A DNA stretch of 64,000 nt from Desulfosporosinus sp. (GCA_036569365.1 DATCQU010000056.1:27506-91505), one strand, 5' to 3'; shown: positions 28,299 to 39,232, counted from the first letter of the stretch. Translations and numbers: made by a program. Notes: generated by a model not told the origin, from the sequence alone.

Positions 28299-29219
28299 CT
28301 ATTTCATCCAACTATCCACTAAAGCCTTATTGTCCGCGATCCATTTCTTTGCGGCGTCCTCAGGTTGCATACCATCTTTAATTAGCTTTTCAAGACTAGC
28401 AATTTGTTTGTCGTCGAGCTTGAAGGCCTTTAACATTTTGGCAACGTCTGGATTTTTCGTGGTGAAATCTTTGTTCGCCAAGGTATGAATCCCTTCGGCT
28501 TCTCCATATGACTTCTTAGGATCGTCTAAGAACTTGAGCTCGTACTTGTCGAACATCCAGTGAGGACTCCAAGCGGTGATCACAATCGGTTTCTTAGCAC
28601 TGTAGGCCTTGTCGAGTGCTGTCATCATGGCGGCTTCGGAACTTGGTACTACTTTGTAGTTCAGGCCATAGCTTGCAATCGCTTTGTCCGTAGATTTCAT
28701 AATTCCAGCGCCTGGATCAATGCCGATAATTTTGCTGTCGAACTGGTCCTTTTTGGCATTCAGCTCTTCTATGGATTTAATATCAACATATTTCGGGACA
28801 ACGAGACCGCTTTTCGCTTCGCCTTTGAACCATGTTCCATAATCATCCAATTTATCTTTATACTTATCCCAATACACTTGGTGGGTCGTCGGGAGCCAAC
28901 CATCCATAAAGACATCGAGCTCACCTTTGTTTAATCCGACAAAGAGGGGGGCCACATCAAGACCCTTAAGATTAACGGTATAACCTTTTTCCGTTAGAAG
29001 TACCTTCCAGAGATTACTGACAGCCACATCTTCCGCCCAGTTGACATACCCCACGTTAATCGTCTTACTAGCGCTCGGCGTCGGGGTACCCGGCTTTGGA
29101 GTGGTAGCTCCACATCCGCCTACTAGCCCGACCGTTAACATGGCCGCCATTGCCCCAACTAGAACTCGTTTCCATTGCTTTTTTGGTAATTTCACTTTGA
29201 TCATCCTCCTAATTTTCAT
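28299..29219 (-). CDS. opuAC: Glycine betaine ABC transporter substrate-binding lipoprotein (copy 1)
   Basis: Lipobox LVGGC; GIDPGAGIM, WSPHWMF; true start probably slightly downstream. Confidence 0.9.
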   Translation of the reverse strand: MKIRRMIKVKLPKKQWKRVLVGAMAAMLTVGLVGGCGATTPKPGTPTPSASKTINVGYVNWAEDVAVSNLWKVLLTEKGYTVNLKGLDVAPLFVGLNKGELDVFMDGWLPTTHQVYWDKYKDKLDDYGTWFKGEAKSGLVVPKYVDIKSIEELNAKKDQFDSKIIGIDPGAGIMKSTDKAIASYGLNYKVVPSSEAAMMTALDKAYSAKKPIVITAWSPHWMFDKYELKFLDDPKKSYGEAEGIHTLANKDFTTKNPDVAKMLKAFKLDDKQIASLEKLIKDGMQPEDAAKKWIADNKALVDSWMK

Positions 29220-29223
29220 GTCC

Positions 29224-30078
29224 TTAAGATTTTTTAAGGGCTGCCCGTGAATTGCGTGCCACTCCTTGACTGAGACGGTCTAGGATCATCGCAAGAATAA
29301 CGACAGCCAAACCGTACTCAAAACCTTTACCAATGTCCATCTGCGCGATTGCTGCGAGAACACCCGCACCCAGTCCCTGAGCCCCAATCATCGCTGAAAT
29401 AACGACCATAGAGAGGGAGAGCATCATGGTTTGGTTTATTCCTGCCATTATTGTAGGAAGTGCTAGGGGTAATTGAATTTTCCAGAGCATCTGAGTGGGA
29501 CTTGACCCAAAGGCTTCTCCGACTTCGACGAGGTCCTGAGGGACCTGACGAATTCCCAGATTTGTCAAACGAATGACGGGAGGCATGGAGAAGATTACCG
29601 TGGCGAAAACTGCAGATACGGTACCTAGACTGAAGAACATCAATGCCGGAATGAGATAGACAAATGAGGGCATTGTCTGCATGAAATCCAGTATTGGCGA
29701 TAGGACTCTATGAAAGTGCTTACCCCGTGCTGCGAGTATTCCTAAGGGAATACCTATGATCAGGGAGACAAGAGAAGCGATTAACACGAGAATCAGAGTA
29801 TCAAGGAAGGGTAACCATAACTCTAAGTTATAGATAAGATATAATCCAATCGAAGTTCCTAAAGCGAGCCGCCATCCCTTGGCACGCCATGCCAACAAGG
29901 CGAAGATTAGAATTATTACAAACCAGGGGAGTAACCCCAAGCCATAACGTAATGTTTCCGTAATGCTAGTTACTGAGGCGGTGAAGGCATCAAACGCTGT
30001 ACCAAAATGTTTCAAAAGCCACTCTACACCGTGGTTAACCCACTGTCCCAATGGTAGACGATACATCCTTTGGATCAC
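29224..30078 (-). CDS. opuAB: Glycine betaine ABC transporter permease
   Basis: LDFMQTMPSFVYLIP; EAFG loop; AGINQTMMLSLSMVVI. Confidence 0.92.
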   Translation of the reverse strand: MIQRMYRLPLGQWVNHGVEWLLKHFGTAFDAFTASVTSITETLRYGLGLLPWFVIILIFALLAWRAKGWRLALGTSIGLYLIYNLELWLPFLDTLILVLIASLVSLIIGIPLGILAARGKHFHRVLSPILDFMQTMPSFVYLIPALMFFSLGTVSAVFATVIFSMPPVIRLTNLGIRQVPQDLVEVGEAFGSSPTQMLWKIQLPLALPTIMAGINQTMMLSLSMVVISAMIGAQGLGAGVLAAIAQMDIGKGFEYGLAVVILAMILDRLSQGVARNSRAALKKS

Positions 30079-31261
30079 CTCCTATGTCGGCTAACGCTGC
30101 AAGCACTGAACCCCGTATGATGATACCGATGAGACGTTGCTCGTTATCGATCACAGCTAAGGGGACTTTACTTTCGGCGATAACCGGTAAAATATCTTGA
30201 ACGAGGACCGCTTCATTGTGGACCGGAACGTCCAGTAGTTTGACTTCCTGAAGATTCACGATGCCAGCCTGACGTGCTTCTAGTGCTAGATCCGCAGTGA
30301 TGAGTCCTTGTAAGTGCTTGGCGCGATCCACGACGAAGACGCTGGAAAGACCGTGTTCCTTCATAACCCGTAGGGCGACAAGCGGTCCATCCCGCAGTTG
30401 TACGAGGGGTTGAGGTCGTTTCATGACGTCTCTAAGGGTTAGAGTTTTGGTACGATCAACACCTCGAGTAAATTTAGCGACATAGTCATCCGCAGGGTCC
30501 CTGAGAATCTCTTCTGGCGTACCCACTTGAACGAGAGAACCATCCCTTATGAAAGCGATACGGTCGCCAATTTTCAAGGCTTCATTTAAGTCATGGGTAA
30601 TAAATACGATCGTTTTGTTCATCTTCTGCTGAATATTAAGTAACTCATCCTGCATTTCTTCCCTAATCATGGGATCTAAAGCACTGAACGCTTCATCCAT
30701 GAGTAGAATGTCCGGATCATTGGTCAAGGCACGGGCTAAGCCAACCCGCTGTTTCATTCCGCCACTTAATTCGTCGGGATAGGATTGCTCATAGCCGGTA
30801 AGTCCGACCATCGCCAATCGTTCCAGTGCTCGTTTTTCACGGGCATCTTTGCTTACCCCTTGGACCTCTAAGCCATAAATCGTATTTTGCAACACTGTCC
30901 GATGAGGTAATAGAGCAAACTGCTGGAAAACCATGGCTAATTTCTTTTGTCGAACTTGTCTTAGCTCTTGGGACTTTAGCTTGGTAATATCCACACCATC
31001 GATGACGACTGAGCCTGAGCTCGGTTCGATTAATCGATTGAGACAGCGAAGAATGGTGGACTTACCGCTCCCGGAAAGCCCCATGACGACGAAAATCTCA
31101 CCCTCGTTTACATTAAAGCTGACATTATTCACGCCGACGGTTAAACCGGTCTCGGCAAGAATTTCTTCTTTGCTCGAGCCTTTATCCAGTAAACGTAAGG
31201 CTTTTTGAGGTTGGGAACTAAAGATCTTCACTAAATTTTTAACTTCTATTTTTACCCCCAT
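30035..31261 (-). CDS. opuAA: Glycine betaine ABC transporter ATPase with CBS domains
   Basis: GLSGSGKST, LSGGMKQRV, DEAFSALDP, CBS pair. Confidence 0.93.
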   Translation of the reverse strand: MGVKIEVKNLVKIFSSQPQKALRLLDKGSSKEEILAETGLTVGVNNVSFNVNEGEIFVVMGLSGSGKSTILRCLNRLIEPSSGSVVIDGVDITKLKSQELRQVRQKKLAMVFQQFALLPHRTVLQNTIYGLEVQGVSKDAREKRALERLAMVGLTGYEQSYPDELSGGMKQRVGLARALTNDPDILLMDEAFSALDPMIREEMQDELLNIQQKMNKTIVFITHDLNEALKIGDRIAFIRDGSLVQVGTPEEILRDPADDYVAKFTRGVDRTKTLTLRDVMKRPQPLVQLRDGPLVALRVMKEHGLSSVFVVDRAKHLQGLITADLALEARQAGIVNLQEVKLLDVPVHNEAVLVQDILPVIAESKVPLAVIDNEQRLIGIIIRGSVLAALADIGGDPKDVSSTIGTVG

Positions 31262-31800
31262 GATTTACCTCCTTTCAAATCGTTCTGGAATCACATGGAG
31301 ACAACCTATAATTTGCAGTGAAGTTGGCACTTAAGCATTGTACTATGATCTACGGACAAAGGTCAAAAAGCTGTGGGATTGATAATTCGGGAGCGCTTGC
31401 TGATTATTCACAGGACAATGAAATAACGGGCAAGTTGATACATATCCGCCACCATACTGCCATATTCTTATAAAGTACCAAGTTGTTACTCGTCAGTTAC
31501 TTCACGAAAGTTTATGATTCTAAGCGTAATCTGGATTCAAACTCTAAAATATCAGTTTAATGGAATATTCAATATAAGATTAAATGGAATGTGATATTTA
31601 GGTATATAATCTGATAAAATGGTCTGGATTATGCTAATGGTTATCTCAATCTTCAGACGTAACAAAGCCCAGGACATCCTTTCGATGAATAAGCCCTGGG
31701 CGTTAGGTTACAATTCGTCTGTGCCTTTTTGCAGAATCAGCATACTGGCTCATTGGATTTCCGAGAACTTAATGTTAAACTAGGACAGGAGGTGCATACA

Positions 31801-31989
31801 ATGAACGACGATATGAGCGGAGAAAGTACGATATGGCAATGCCAAACGCCGAATTGTGGATATATCTATAATTCTGAAAAAGGGTGCAAGAAAAGTAAAA
31901 TTCCCAAGGATGTTCCATTCCAGGAGTTGCCGGATACCTGGAGATGTCCCTTGTGTGGGGCTAGCAAAAAGATGTGTAAACCTGTATAA
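31801..31989 (+). CDS. Rubredoxin
   Basis: WQCQTPNCGYIY...FQELPDTWRCPLCGA; RBS AGGAGG before ATG 31801. Confidence 0.85.
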   Translation: MNDDMSGESTIWQCQTPNCGYIYNSEKGCKKSKIPKDVPFQELPDTWRCPLCGASKKMCKPV

Positions 31990-32060
31990 GTAGATCAACA
32001 TTCAATTGAGATTTCAAGGGAATTAGAAGGTGCCCATTACGTTAAATGGGCGCCTTCTCT

Positions 32061-33551
32061 CTATGCAGTCTTCCTTTCATAATTCCAGTACATAAATAAG
32101 GCAACAATCGAGAAGAACAACGGTCCAGCAATACTCCAAATGGTAGAGGAGAGATCCCCTTCAATGGCGGGTTGGATGATGGTAAAGAAGTTTGCAAATC
32201 CCACGGTGAAGGTTACTACCACAGTCCAGATAAAGGCACTGCGGTTACTTTTGAAAATTTCGAAGGGCTTATTAATATCACGATTCTTTTTAAAGGCATA
32301 AAAAGCACCGGAAATGAACATGTAGGGTAGTGTCATGGCCACGTTGGTCATCAACACGAGTTTATTAAAGAATTTTGCAGCCGCGTCTCCCCCAAACGAT
32401 ACCAGTAAGATCATCGCAATCACGACGACACATTGAACCCACATGGCATTGCGAGGCATTCCATCATCGACGACGGCGATTTTCCCCGGCCATAATTCCT
32501 TGGGTGTTCCCTCAATGAGTTGTTTTAAGGGAGCATACGCTAAAGTGAAGAAAGCTCCTGATAAGGCCAAAACCATGGAAAGGCCAACAAACCTGGCCAT
32601 CCAAGTTCCCATTGATAATGAAAGAACTTGACTGCCACCAAAGGCATGGGCTATTTGATAGCCCAAATTATTCATAACGACATAACCAACATTGCCCATA
32701 TGGACGCTCTTGGAAGAAAGAACCTGACTCCAGTTTGTAAATATACCAACTAAGAATATGCCAAGTGAGTATCCGACGGCAATAATAACAGACGCGAATA
32801 TGATTCCTTTAGGAAAGGTATTTTCGGGATCTTTCGTTTCATCGACCAATCCACCAACAACCTCAATGCCACCATATGCAAATAACGCAAAGACTAAAAA
32901 TGAAAAGACCGCGATGGGATTTCCGTATTTAGGATTGGGGGAATTGATAAAGGAGGAGGCATCAACAATAGGTTGTGCTAAATGTCCACCAGTTCCGACT
33001 AAAACCGCTAAAGCCCCAACGAGTAAGACGATATTCAATAAGGCAACAGCAACCCCACCAACTGAGGTTACCTTTTTGATTTTATCTAACCCTTTAGTAG
33101 CAGTAAAAGTGACCACCAATATCCAAAGAACTCCTAGAGCTCCTATGGTTTGAGTTGAGTTTAAGCCAAGGAGTGTCCAAGTGGCGGTGGTATCCTTGCC
33201 AAAGATGGCATTAGAAAAGACGATCCAGATTGAATTAGAGATGTTGACCATCCATACGATATAGGATGCATACCACATGAAGGTTCCAACGAAGGCGTAC
33301 TTAGGCCCTACAGATTTTGCCATCCATGAATAGATCCCACCCTTTTCTTTTTGAAAGGCGGAGCCAAATTCAGCCAACATAAACGCAAAAGGAATAAAAA
33401 ACGTCAGCCCTGATAGCAAATACCATGGGATTGCGCCATATCCCATCAAGTAAAAGGAACGTGGAATATTATTAAATCCAAAGACCGAGGTGAAAATCAT
33501 TAATACAAAGGCAATCAAAGACAATTTTCTGGTTTCCGCACTAATTTTCAT
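32061..33551 (-). CDS. yjeM: APC amino acid transporter, YjeM (glutamate/GABA antiporter) family
   Basis: LMIFTSVFGFNN, GGIYSWM, FAYGGIE, MTNVAMTLPY. Confidence 0.85.
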   Translation of the reverse strand: MKISAETRKLSLIAFVLMIFTSVFGFNNIPRSFYLMGYGAIPWYLLSGLTFFIPFAFMLAEFGSAFQKEKGGIYSWMAKSVGPKYAFVGTFMWYASYIVWMVNISNSIWIVFSNAIFGKDTTATWTLLGLNSTQTIGALGVLWILVVTFTATKGLDKIKKVTSVGGVAVALLNIVLLVGALAVLVGTGGHLAQPIVDASSFINSPNPKYGNPIAVFSFLVFALFAYGGIEVVGGLVDETKDPENTFPKGIIFASVIIAVGYSLGIFLVGIFTNWSQVLSSKSVHMGNVGYVVMNNLGYQIAHAFGGSQVLSLSMGTWMARFVGLSMVLALSGAFFTLAYAPLKQLIEGTPKELWPGKIAVVDDGMPRNAMWVQCVVVIAMILLVSFGGDAAAKFFNKLVLMTNVAMTLPYMFISGAFYAFKKNRDINKPFEIFKSNRSAFIWTVVVTFTVGFANFFTIIQPAIEGDLSSTIWSIAGPLFFSIVALFMYWNYERKTA

Positions 33552-33825
33552 CGTTTTTTCCTCCTTGATATCATCATTGGCTTTCTCAATTGATTTATAA
33601 CATTTGGTGTAGTGTTACTAAGAAAATCATCGTCTCTAAATATTATCACCTATTTTCTCAAAGATTAGCACATACTATTATATATTGTCGAAACCGGTAG
33701 ATACATAGTACCACATAGTATAGTGCTTTATTCAATAATAATCGTAATAAATAATTAATTATTACTATAAGATATAAATAATACGATTAACTGTTATATA
33801 CCACGTTACTCCTAAGGCGGTGTAC

Positions 33826-33885
33826 CACAATAAAGAGCCTTCCCGGTGTAGAATATATTTCTACGATGGGAAGGCTCTTTATTGT
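33826..33885 (-). terminator. Intrinsic terminator
   Basis: acaataaagagccttccc...gggaaggctctttattgt. Confidence 0.7.
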
Positions 33886-33896
33886 GGGAACAGAGC

Positions 33897-35027
33897 TTAT
33901 CTAGTTCCAAGGGATTCCTTAACTTGGTCGAAATCATAGCCTGTGGCGACTTTGGATATTTCTTTCATCTTTGTTTCTGCAGGAACGTTTTCAGGGATCT
34001 TGAATGTTTCATAAAATACCTTGAGTTCGGTTTTAGTTGACTCTGCTGCTTCCTTGATACTCATATACCCTTTGACTTCTTCATAATTAATGGACTCGCC
34101 CGTTTTTAGTGGGGCTGGTGTGAGTTGATATATTCCGGCAGCCTGTGAAGCAAATATTGAGCAAAAGAACACAACCATTACTAGAACAATCACAGTCAAG
34201 GGTTTGATAACCTTATTGCCGAACTGATGATCGAGACCTCCAGTCTTGGGGCAGTTTAAGACACAGGTCTGACAATTTAGACACTCTGCCGTCGAAACTT
34301 TCAAACTGTGCTGGACGTCAATATTCACCGGACAGCCCTTACTGCATATTCCGCAGTCGATACACTCACTTTCGTTCCTGACCACTTTGAAGGGACTTAT
34401 TTTGCCTGCGATGCCGTAAAGTGCCCCCATAGGACAAAGATATTTGCAAAAAAACCGGTCGTACATCACTGAACCTAGAACAGTCACAGCCAAAATTATT
34501 AAACCTACTGCCGATTCGGCCCACACACTTTCCAATCCTTCAGGAAGATGGGCATAAGCAGACCATGGATCATAGGGAGCCATCCACAGTCCCGCAGTCT
34601 TCCACGCATAAACGATAGTAACGACCAGCACGACGTATTTTAGATATCTTAAAGGCTTATCGAGGGTAGCGGGCATGATCAATTTACGCTTGAAGATCTT
34701 CTGACCCAGTTTTGCAAAGAATTCCTGAATTGCCCCAAACGGACAAATCAACCCGCAAAAACTTCGTCTAAAAAGAAGTGCCACAATTAGTGTGATGACG
34801 AACAGGGTGAGTGTCCCTGCAAATATTTTGCCGATGAAGCTCCCTGCCGTGAAGACCTGGTAAAGACTCTCAAGCCCTCCGAAGGGACAAATTGCGTGGA
34901 TGGAAGGTGCCTTTGTTCCTCCTAATACTTGATGGAGATAGGCTGCGATGCTCACAAGAACGACGAATAGTGCTAAGAGACCCCATCTCAAATACATTAT
35001 TAACTTATTCTTCTTCAACAAAATCAA
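33897..35027 (-). CDS. Membrane 4Fe-4S binding protein (NapH/MauN/NosR-like polyferredoxin)
   Basis: CPFGG, FCGLICPFG, FCKYLCPMG, CIDCGICSKGCP, CLNCQTCVLNCP. Confidence 0.85.
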   Translation of the reverse strand: MILLKKNKLIMYLRWGLLALFVVLVSIAAYLHQVLGGTKAPSIHAICPFGGLESLYQVFTAGSFIGKIFAGTLTLFVITLIVALLFRRSFCGLICPFGAIQEFFAKLGQKIFKRKLIMPATLDKPLRYLKYVVLVVTIVYAWKTAGLWMAPYDPWSAYAHLPEGLESVWAESAVGLIILAVTVLGSVMYDRFFCKYLCPMGALYGIAGKISPFKVVRNESECIDCGICSKGCPVNIDVQHSLKVSTAECLNCQTCVLNCPKTGGLDHQFGNKVIKPLTVIVLVMVVFFCSIFASQAAGIYQLTPAPLKTGESINYEEVKGYMSIKEAAESTKTELKVFYETFKIPENVPAETKMKEISKVATGYDFDQVKESLGTR

Positions 35028-35189
35028 CTCCTTTACGGATTTAATTACCTTAATAAGTACACGCTCCCATTTGTTCCGTACCGTTATGACTTTGTTTATC
35101 CTTAGGGCTTTATAGTACTGAAAGTGTGTGTCGAAAATATGTCAAAAGTTTGAACCAACTATGTCTTTATTGTCTGACCAATAAGACAG

Positions 35190-35242
35190 TAAAGAGCCGT
35201 CCTATTGTCGTTGATTAATCAACTACAATAGGACGGCTCTTT
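35190..35242 (-). terminator. Intrinsic terminator
   Basis: taaagagccgtcctattgt...acaataggacggctcttta. Confidence 0.65.
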
Positions 35243-35270
35243 ATACAAATCCTGAAGGGATGGCTATCCA

Positions 35271-35495
35271 CTAAAACCCAATGGCCGAATCAATTTTTTT
35301 AATCTGTTCAGTCATAAAAGTCACTGTTTCATCGTCCGTGGAAAAAATCATCTCGATGACTTGGGGCCGACTTAAGTTTTTGGTTGCACAAAGTTTGTCT
35401 AATCTTCGCAGCGCCTCAGAATCAATATTGAGACTGATTTTAACCTTTCGTTTAGGGGTGATTGTTTTCAATTTGACAGCTCCTCTTGGTATCAA
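35271..35495 (-). CDS. Ribbon-helix-helix (CopG-like) protein
   Basis: KVKISLNIDSEALRRLDKLC...LSRPQVIE. Confidence 0.6.
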   Translation of the reverse strand: MIPRGAVKLKTITPKRKVKISLNIDSEALRRLDKLCATKNLSRPQVIEMIFSTDDETVTFMTEQIKKIDSAIGF

Positions 35496-35744
35496 CTACA
35501 TACCAGTATTATACTCCAATGATAGCTAACAACAACCCTTATTTTCACAAACGTCCATTTCATGAGAGGAGAATACCCCAAGATAAAACGCTTTTTGTCG
35601 CATAAGTGGTCTGTCCCCGGAGCAATAGACAAAATATTTTATAAATGCTAATATCATCATGGAGACTGTAGTCCAGCAGAAGGTTGCAGAAAAAGTTGAA
35701 AAGAGTGCAGTATTTTTCGATGATAAAAGAAAGAAGATGATTTC

Positions 35745-35981
35745 ATGATTAGATATGGTCTAATAATTGCCCTGTTGGTCTTTTCCTTTGTGGTCCAAAA
35801 TTGGATACAACGGTATTTTGAGTATCAATGCACCAAGTGCGACGGGAAATTCGGTCTACCCATTGGGCAAGCCATATTTTCTATTCATATTATGGGGAAG
35901 AAATTTGCAAAATGCCCGATCTGCGGGAAATGGGGATGGGCAAACACCATACCAAAAGCCCACGGTAAAGCCGGGGCTTAA
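35745..35981 (+). CDS. Small membrane-anchored Zn-ribbon protein
   Basis: N-terminal TM; YQCTKC and KCPICGK. Confidence 0.6.
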   Translation: MIRYGLIIALLVFSFVVQNWIQRYFEYQCTKCDGKFGLPIGQAIFSIHIMGKKFAKCPICGKWGWANTIPKAHGKAGA

Positions 35982-36017
35982 AGTCGTCGAACGTTGAGTT
36001 TGGAAAGAGGATAGTGA

Positions 36018-37073
36018 ATGAATAAAGGATCCATTTATGGACTGACGTTGGAACAACTAGAAGCATGGCTTATGGAATATGGGCATAAACGGTTTAGGGC
36101 ATTACAAGTGTGGGGTTGGCTTTATAGGAAGCGGGTGACACGCTTCTCGGAAATGATCGATGTCAATATAGAGTGTCTTCAATTATTAGACGATCATTTT
36201 GTCTTGCAATCCTTAAACGAGCACTTGAGGCAAGAATCAGCAGATGGAACTATCAAGTTCTTGTTCAAGTTACAGGACGACAATCTGATAGAAACGGTCT
36301 TGATGAGACATAAATTTGGTTTGTCAGTCTGTGTCACAACTCAAGTAGGTTGTAATATGGGGTGTAGTTTTTGTGCGAGCGGGTTATTAAGCAAAAAACG
36401 TGATTTATCTAGTGGTGAAATTGTGGAACAGATTATGAACGTTCAACATCATCTGGATGGAGCGAATCAAGATGATGTTGTGAGTCACGTTGTGGTAATG
36501 GGGATCGGCGAACCCTTTGACAATTTTCAAAACGTCTTGAACTCTTTGCAGATTATGATTGATCACAAAGGACTAGCCATCGGGGCGAGACATATCACAG
36601 TATCGACCAGTGGCCTTGCCGATAAAATTTATGAATTCGCCGATGCCAATTTGCAGGTAAATCTAGCGATCTCACTACATGCGCCAACGAACGAACTTCG
36701 AACACGGATTATGAAAATAAACCGTGTCTTTCCCATAGAAGCATTAATGCAAGCCGTTGAGTATTATTTACAAAGAACAAATCGTAGGATTACGTTGGAA
36801 TATATTTTGTTAAAGGATCTGAATGACAGTAGAGAACACGCCGAGCAACTCGCCGATCTGATTGGCGATAAGCGACAGCTCGCCGCTGTTAACATAATCC
36901 CCTATAATCCTGTAGATGAACACCAGGAATATCAAAGAAGCGAACATGAATCGATGCTCGCGTTTTATGATGCGTTGAAAAAGCGTGGAATTAATTGTAG
37001 TATTCGTCTTGAACATGGGACAGACATTGATGCTGCCTGTGGACAGTTAAGAAGCAAACAAATTAAACAATAG
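36018..37073 (+). CDS. rlmN: 23S rRNA (A2503-C2)/tRNA methyltransferase RlmN
   Basis: [29 protein letters not shown]. Confidence 0.92.
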   Translation: MNKGSIYGLTLEQLEAWLMEYGHKRFRALQVWGWLYRKRVTRFSEMIDVNIECLQLLDDHFVLQSLNEHLRQESADGTIKFLFKLQDDNLIETVLMRHKFGLSVCVTTQVGCNMGCSFCASGLLSKKRDLSSGEIVEQIMNVQHHLDGANQDDVVSHVVVMGIGEPFDNFQNVLNSLQIMIDHKGLAIGARHITVSTSGLADKIYEFADANLQVNLAISLHAPTNELRTRIMKINRVFPIEALMQAVEYYLQRTNRRITLEYILLKDLNDSREHAEQLADLIGDKRQLAAVNIIPYNPVDEHQEYQRSEHESMLAFYDALKKRGINCSIRLEHGTDIDAACGQLRSKQIKQ

Positions 37074-37119
37074 CAACGTACTCGTTTTAAACTAAAGAGT
37101 GGGCACAAAGGCTAAACGT

Positions 37120-37941
37120 TTATGCGTTAAGCAACGATGAAAACATCTCATATAATTGTTTTGATTTCCCCAGCCTCATGATTTTAGCGTACAACTCAGG
37201 GGCTTGTTCCTCAATCGCTTTTACTTTGTCCTGAATCGTATTTGACGATCCTGTCAATTCTTGATACTTAGTACATAATAATTTATTTTTTCTTTGGATG
37301 ATCCAATCGACTGCTGGTGTTCGTGTCGTCGGCGGTGGTGTGTGCGGACGATTAAAGGTGAAACTGACGGTATCTCCTTCTCTTGTAAATTCATCTAAGG
37401 CATAGCCTGCATTCCATAATCCATTCACAAAGGCATCACGCATCATCACATCATGCAAGGTGATCGTAATCTCCATCGTTAATTCGGAAGGGTTTGAAAA
37501 CTCGCCTAGTTTAAAACCGGTTAGCCACCAATGTTCTCCTTCTCGTGTGAAAAGAGAATTACCGTTCTTTTTTAAAGTATAGGACATTTGCAGGAGCTCG
37601 TTATTGTTGACACAATCATAATAAGCGCCACTGAAAAGACCAAGAATTGTCAGATCGGCTGATTTTATATAGACCCCTATTTCTGCGCCGGTGACAAGAT
37701 CATACTGACCCTTCCAAAAACCAATCATCCATTGTTCTCCGAGATAATCAAAGTGAATTGGTTCACAATCAATGATCATCCCCAAAGGCGCTGCCGCTTC
37801 ATCATATAGGCGACAATATCCAATATCTCTCTGCCACGGATCCATAGTAGAATAAAAAATGTCCTGTTTCTGATCATAGGAATAGCCAGCTGCTTCTATG
37901 GCTTTATCCAGTTCGTCATTTCCCGTCCCCTGAACGGACAT
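37120..37941 (-). CDS. DUF4474 family protein
   Basis: PWQRDIGYCRLYDEAA, WKGQY...GAEIGVY, HWWLTGFKLG. Confidence 0.8.
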   Translation of the reverse strand: MSVQGTGNDELDKAIEAAGYSYDQKQDIFYSTMDPWQRDIGYCRLYDEAAAPLGMIIDCEPIHFDYLGEQWMIGFWKGQYDLVTGAEIGVYIKSADLTILGLFSGAYYDCVNNNELLQMSYTLKKNGNSLFTREGEHWWLTGFKLGEFSNPSELTMEITITLHDVMMRDAFVNGLWNAGYALDEFTREGDTVSFTFNRPHTPPPTTRTPAVDWIIQRKNKLLCTKYQELTGSSNTIQDKVKAIEEQAPELYAKIMRLGKSKQLYEMFSSLLNA

Positions 37942-38039
37942 AACACATCGCCCCCCCAGTACATATTATTTAGTCGATGCATAGTATGGTGCATAGATTG
38001 ATAATATTTTGTGGTTCAATGTCAAGGGAGGGGAACATC

Positions 38040-39158
38040 TTGCAAAGAGATGCCCATTATTATGCTGTTTTAGCGTTTTGTCGGGCTTGTGGTTTTAAGA
38101 AGGAAAGTGCTCAGGTCGTTGCGTATGCTTCACAGTTTGTAGATGATGCTAAAATAAATCTGATGTTGATTGATCAATCGAGTCTTACCGCGGGACATGA
38201 TATGGTTGAAAATCGGCCTGCCTTTTTCAATATGGCGACCTGCCATTCGTATTTTCGTATTAATACCTTTAATTACGAGGCTATGGTCAACAACACGATT
38301 GCCTTTCATTTTGTTCCAGGGTGTGAGGGCGAGAACTTTACGAAAAGGCTTCGTTGTAAGGAAGAAGCTCCAATCATCCTCGATATTTTAAAGGATGTCT
38401 TCATTGAGGATAACTTGATTAAGCTAGGCATCATTTTGCATGCGTACGCGGATTCCTATACACATCAAGGGTTTAGTGGGATGTTGAGTAAAGTCAACGA
38501 TATTGACAATCTTGAAGCAACACCTAAAGTGAAGTTAGGGATATTCTACAAAATCCTTGATTTTTTTGAGCAGTTTAATCGCGAGAAATATGATAAGTTA
38601 TTTGATGATATTATGCCTGCTTACGGGCATGGTCAAGCTTTGGAGTTTCCAGATATCCCTTATTTGGTGTGGTCGTATGACTATGACGAGAGTGACGGAT
38701 TCAATGGTTCGTATAGAAAGATCAAGATCGATAATAAAGAACGTTACAAAAGGGCGTTTAATAACATTAGAAACCATTTGCAGAATTACCTGATCCAACA
38801 TAATCAATACCTTGATCGTACGATGAAATTTAATAACTTTGACAAATTGATGGATACGCTCTTATTGGAGAATTTTAAGGATATCCAAAGGGAAAAGAAT
38901 TGGAAGAAACTATTAATTGAACAGGGATTATTTAGTAAGGATGACCTAGCTTCAATCATCTACGATGAGACTCAATGGTTGAAAGAAGCATTTAGTAATT
39001 TCGACCGAAAAGTGTTTGATAATCGGAAAGTCGATGGAGTTCGATTGGCGGATAACTTTGTGAACTCTCATTGGTATCATTTTTATCAATCCGTCAAATG
39101 GTATAAGGGAAAATTCTTCGAATACTGTGCTAAATATCAATTGAATATTCCTCACTAA
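38040..39158 (+). CDS. DUF6765 family protein (putative Zn-dependent phospholipase C/nuclease-like fold)
   Basis: DAHYYAV, ASQFVDD, FHFVPG, LGIILHAYADSYTHQGFSG, GHGQA; TTG start after GGAGGG. Confidence 0.65.
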   Translation: MQRDAHYYAVLAFCRACGFKKESAQVVAYASQFVDDAKINLMLIDQSSLTAGHDMVENRPAFFNMATCHSYFRINTFNYEAMVNNTIAFHFVPGCEGENFTKRLRCKEEAPIILDILKDVFIEDNLIKLGIILHAYADSYTHQGFSGMLSKVNDIDNLEATPKVKLGIFYKILDFFEQFNREKYDKLFDDIMPAYGHGQALEFPDIPYLVWSYDYDESDGFNGSYRKIKIDNKERYKRAFNNIRNHLQNYLIQHNQYLDRTMKFNNFDKLMDTLLLENFKDIQREKNWKKLLIEQGLFSKDDLASIIYDETQWLKEAFSNFDRKVFDNRKVDGVRLADNFVNSHWYHFYQSVKWYKGKFFEYCAKYQLNIPH

Positions 39159-39171
39159 AAGAAGGACAAAC

Positions 39172-39213
39172 AAAAACCCCAAGCTCAGACTTCAGCCTGA
39201 GCTTGGGGTTTTT
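39172..39213. terminator. Bidirectional terminator
   Basis: aaaaaccccaagctcag...ctgagcttggggttttt. Confidence 0.8.
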
Positions 39214-39232
39214 GCGGGACATGTGTGTCGTG

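Noticed and set aside
31262-31730. c-di-AMP or other riboswitch upstream of opuAA
   Set aside because: No recognisable consensus elements by eye; an Rfam scan would be needed to exclude it fully.
35271-35495. Antitoxin of a second TA system
   Set aside because: No adjacent toxin-like ORF; it appears to be a standalone RHH protein.
36018-37073. Cfr resistance methyltransferase
   Set aside because: MGIGEP motif and overall sequence fit housekeeping RlmN.
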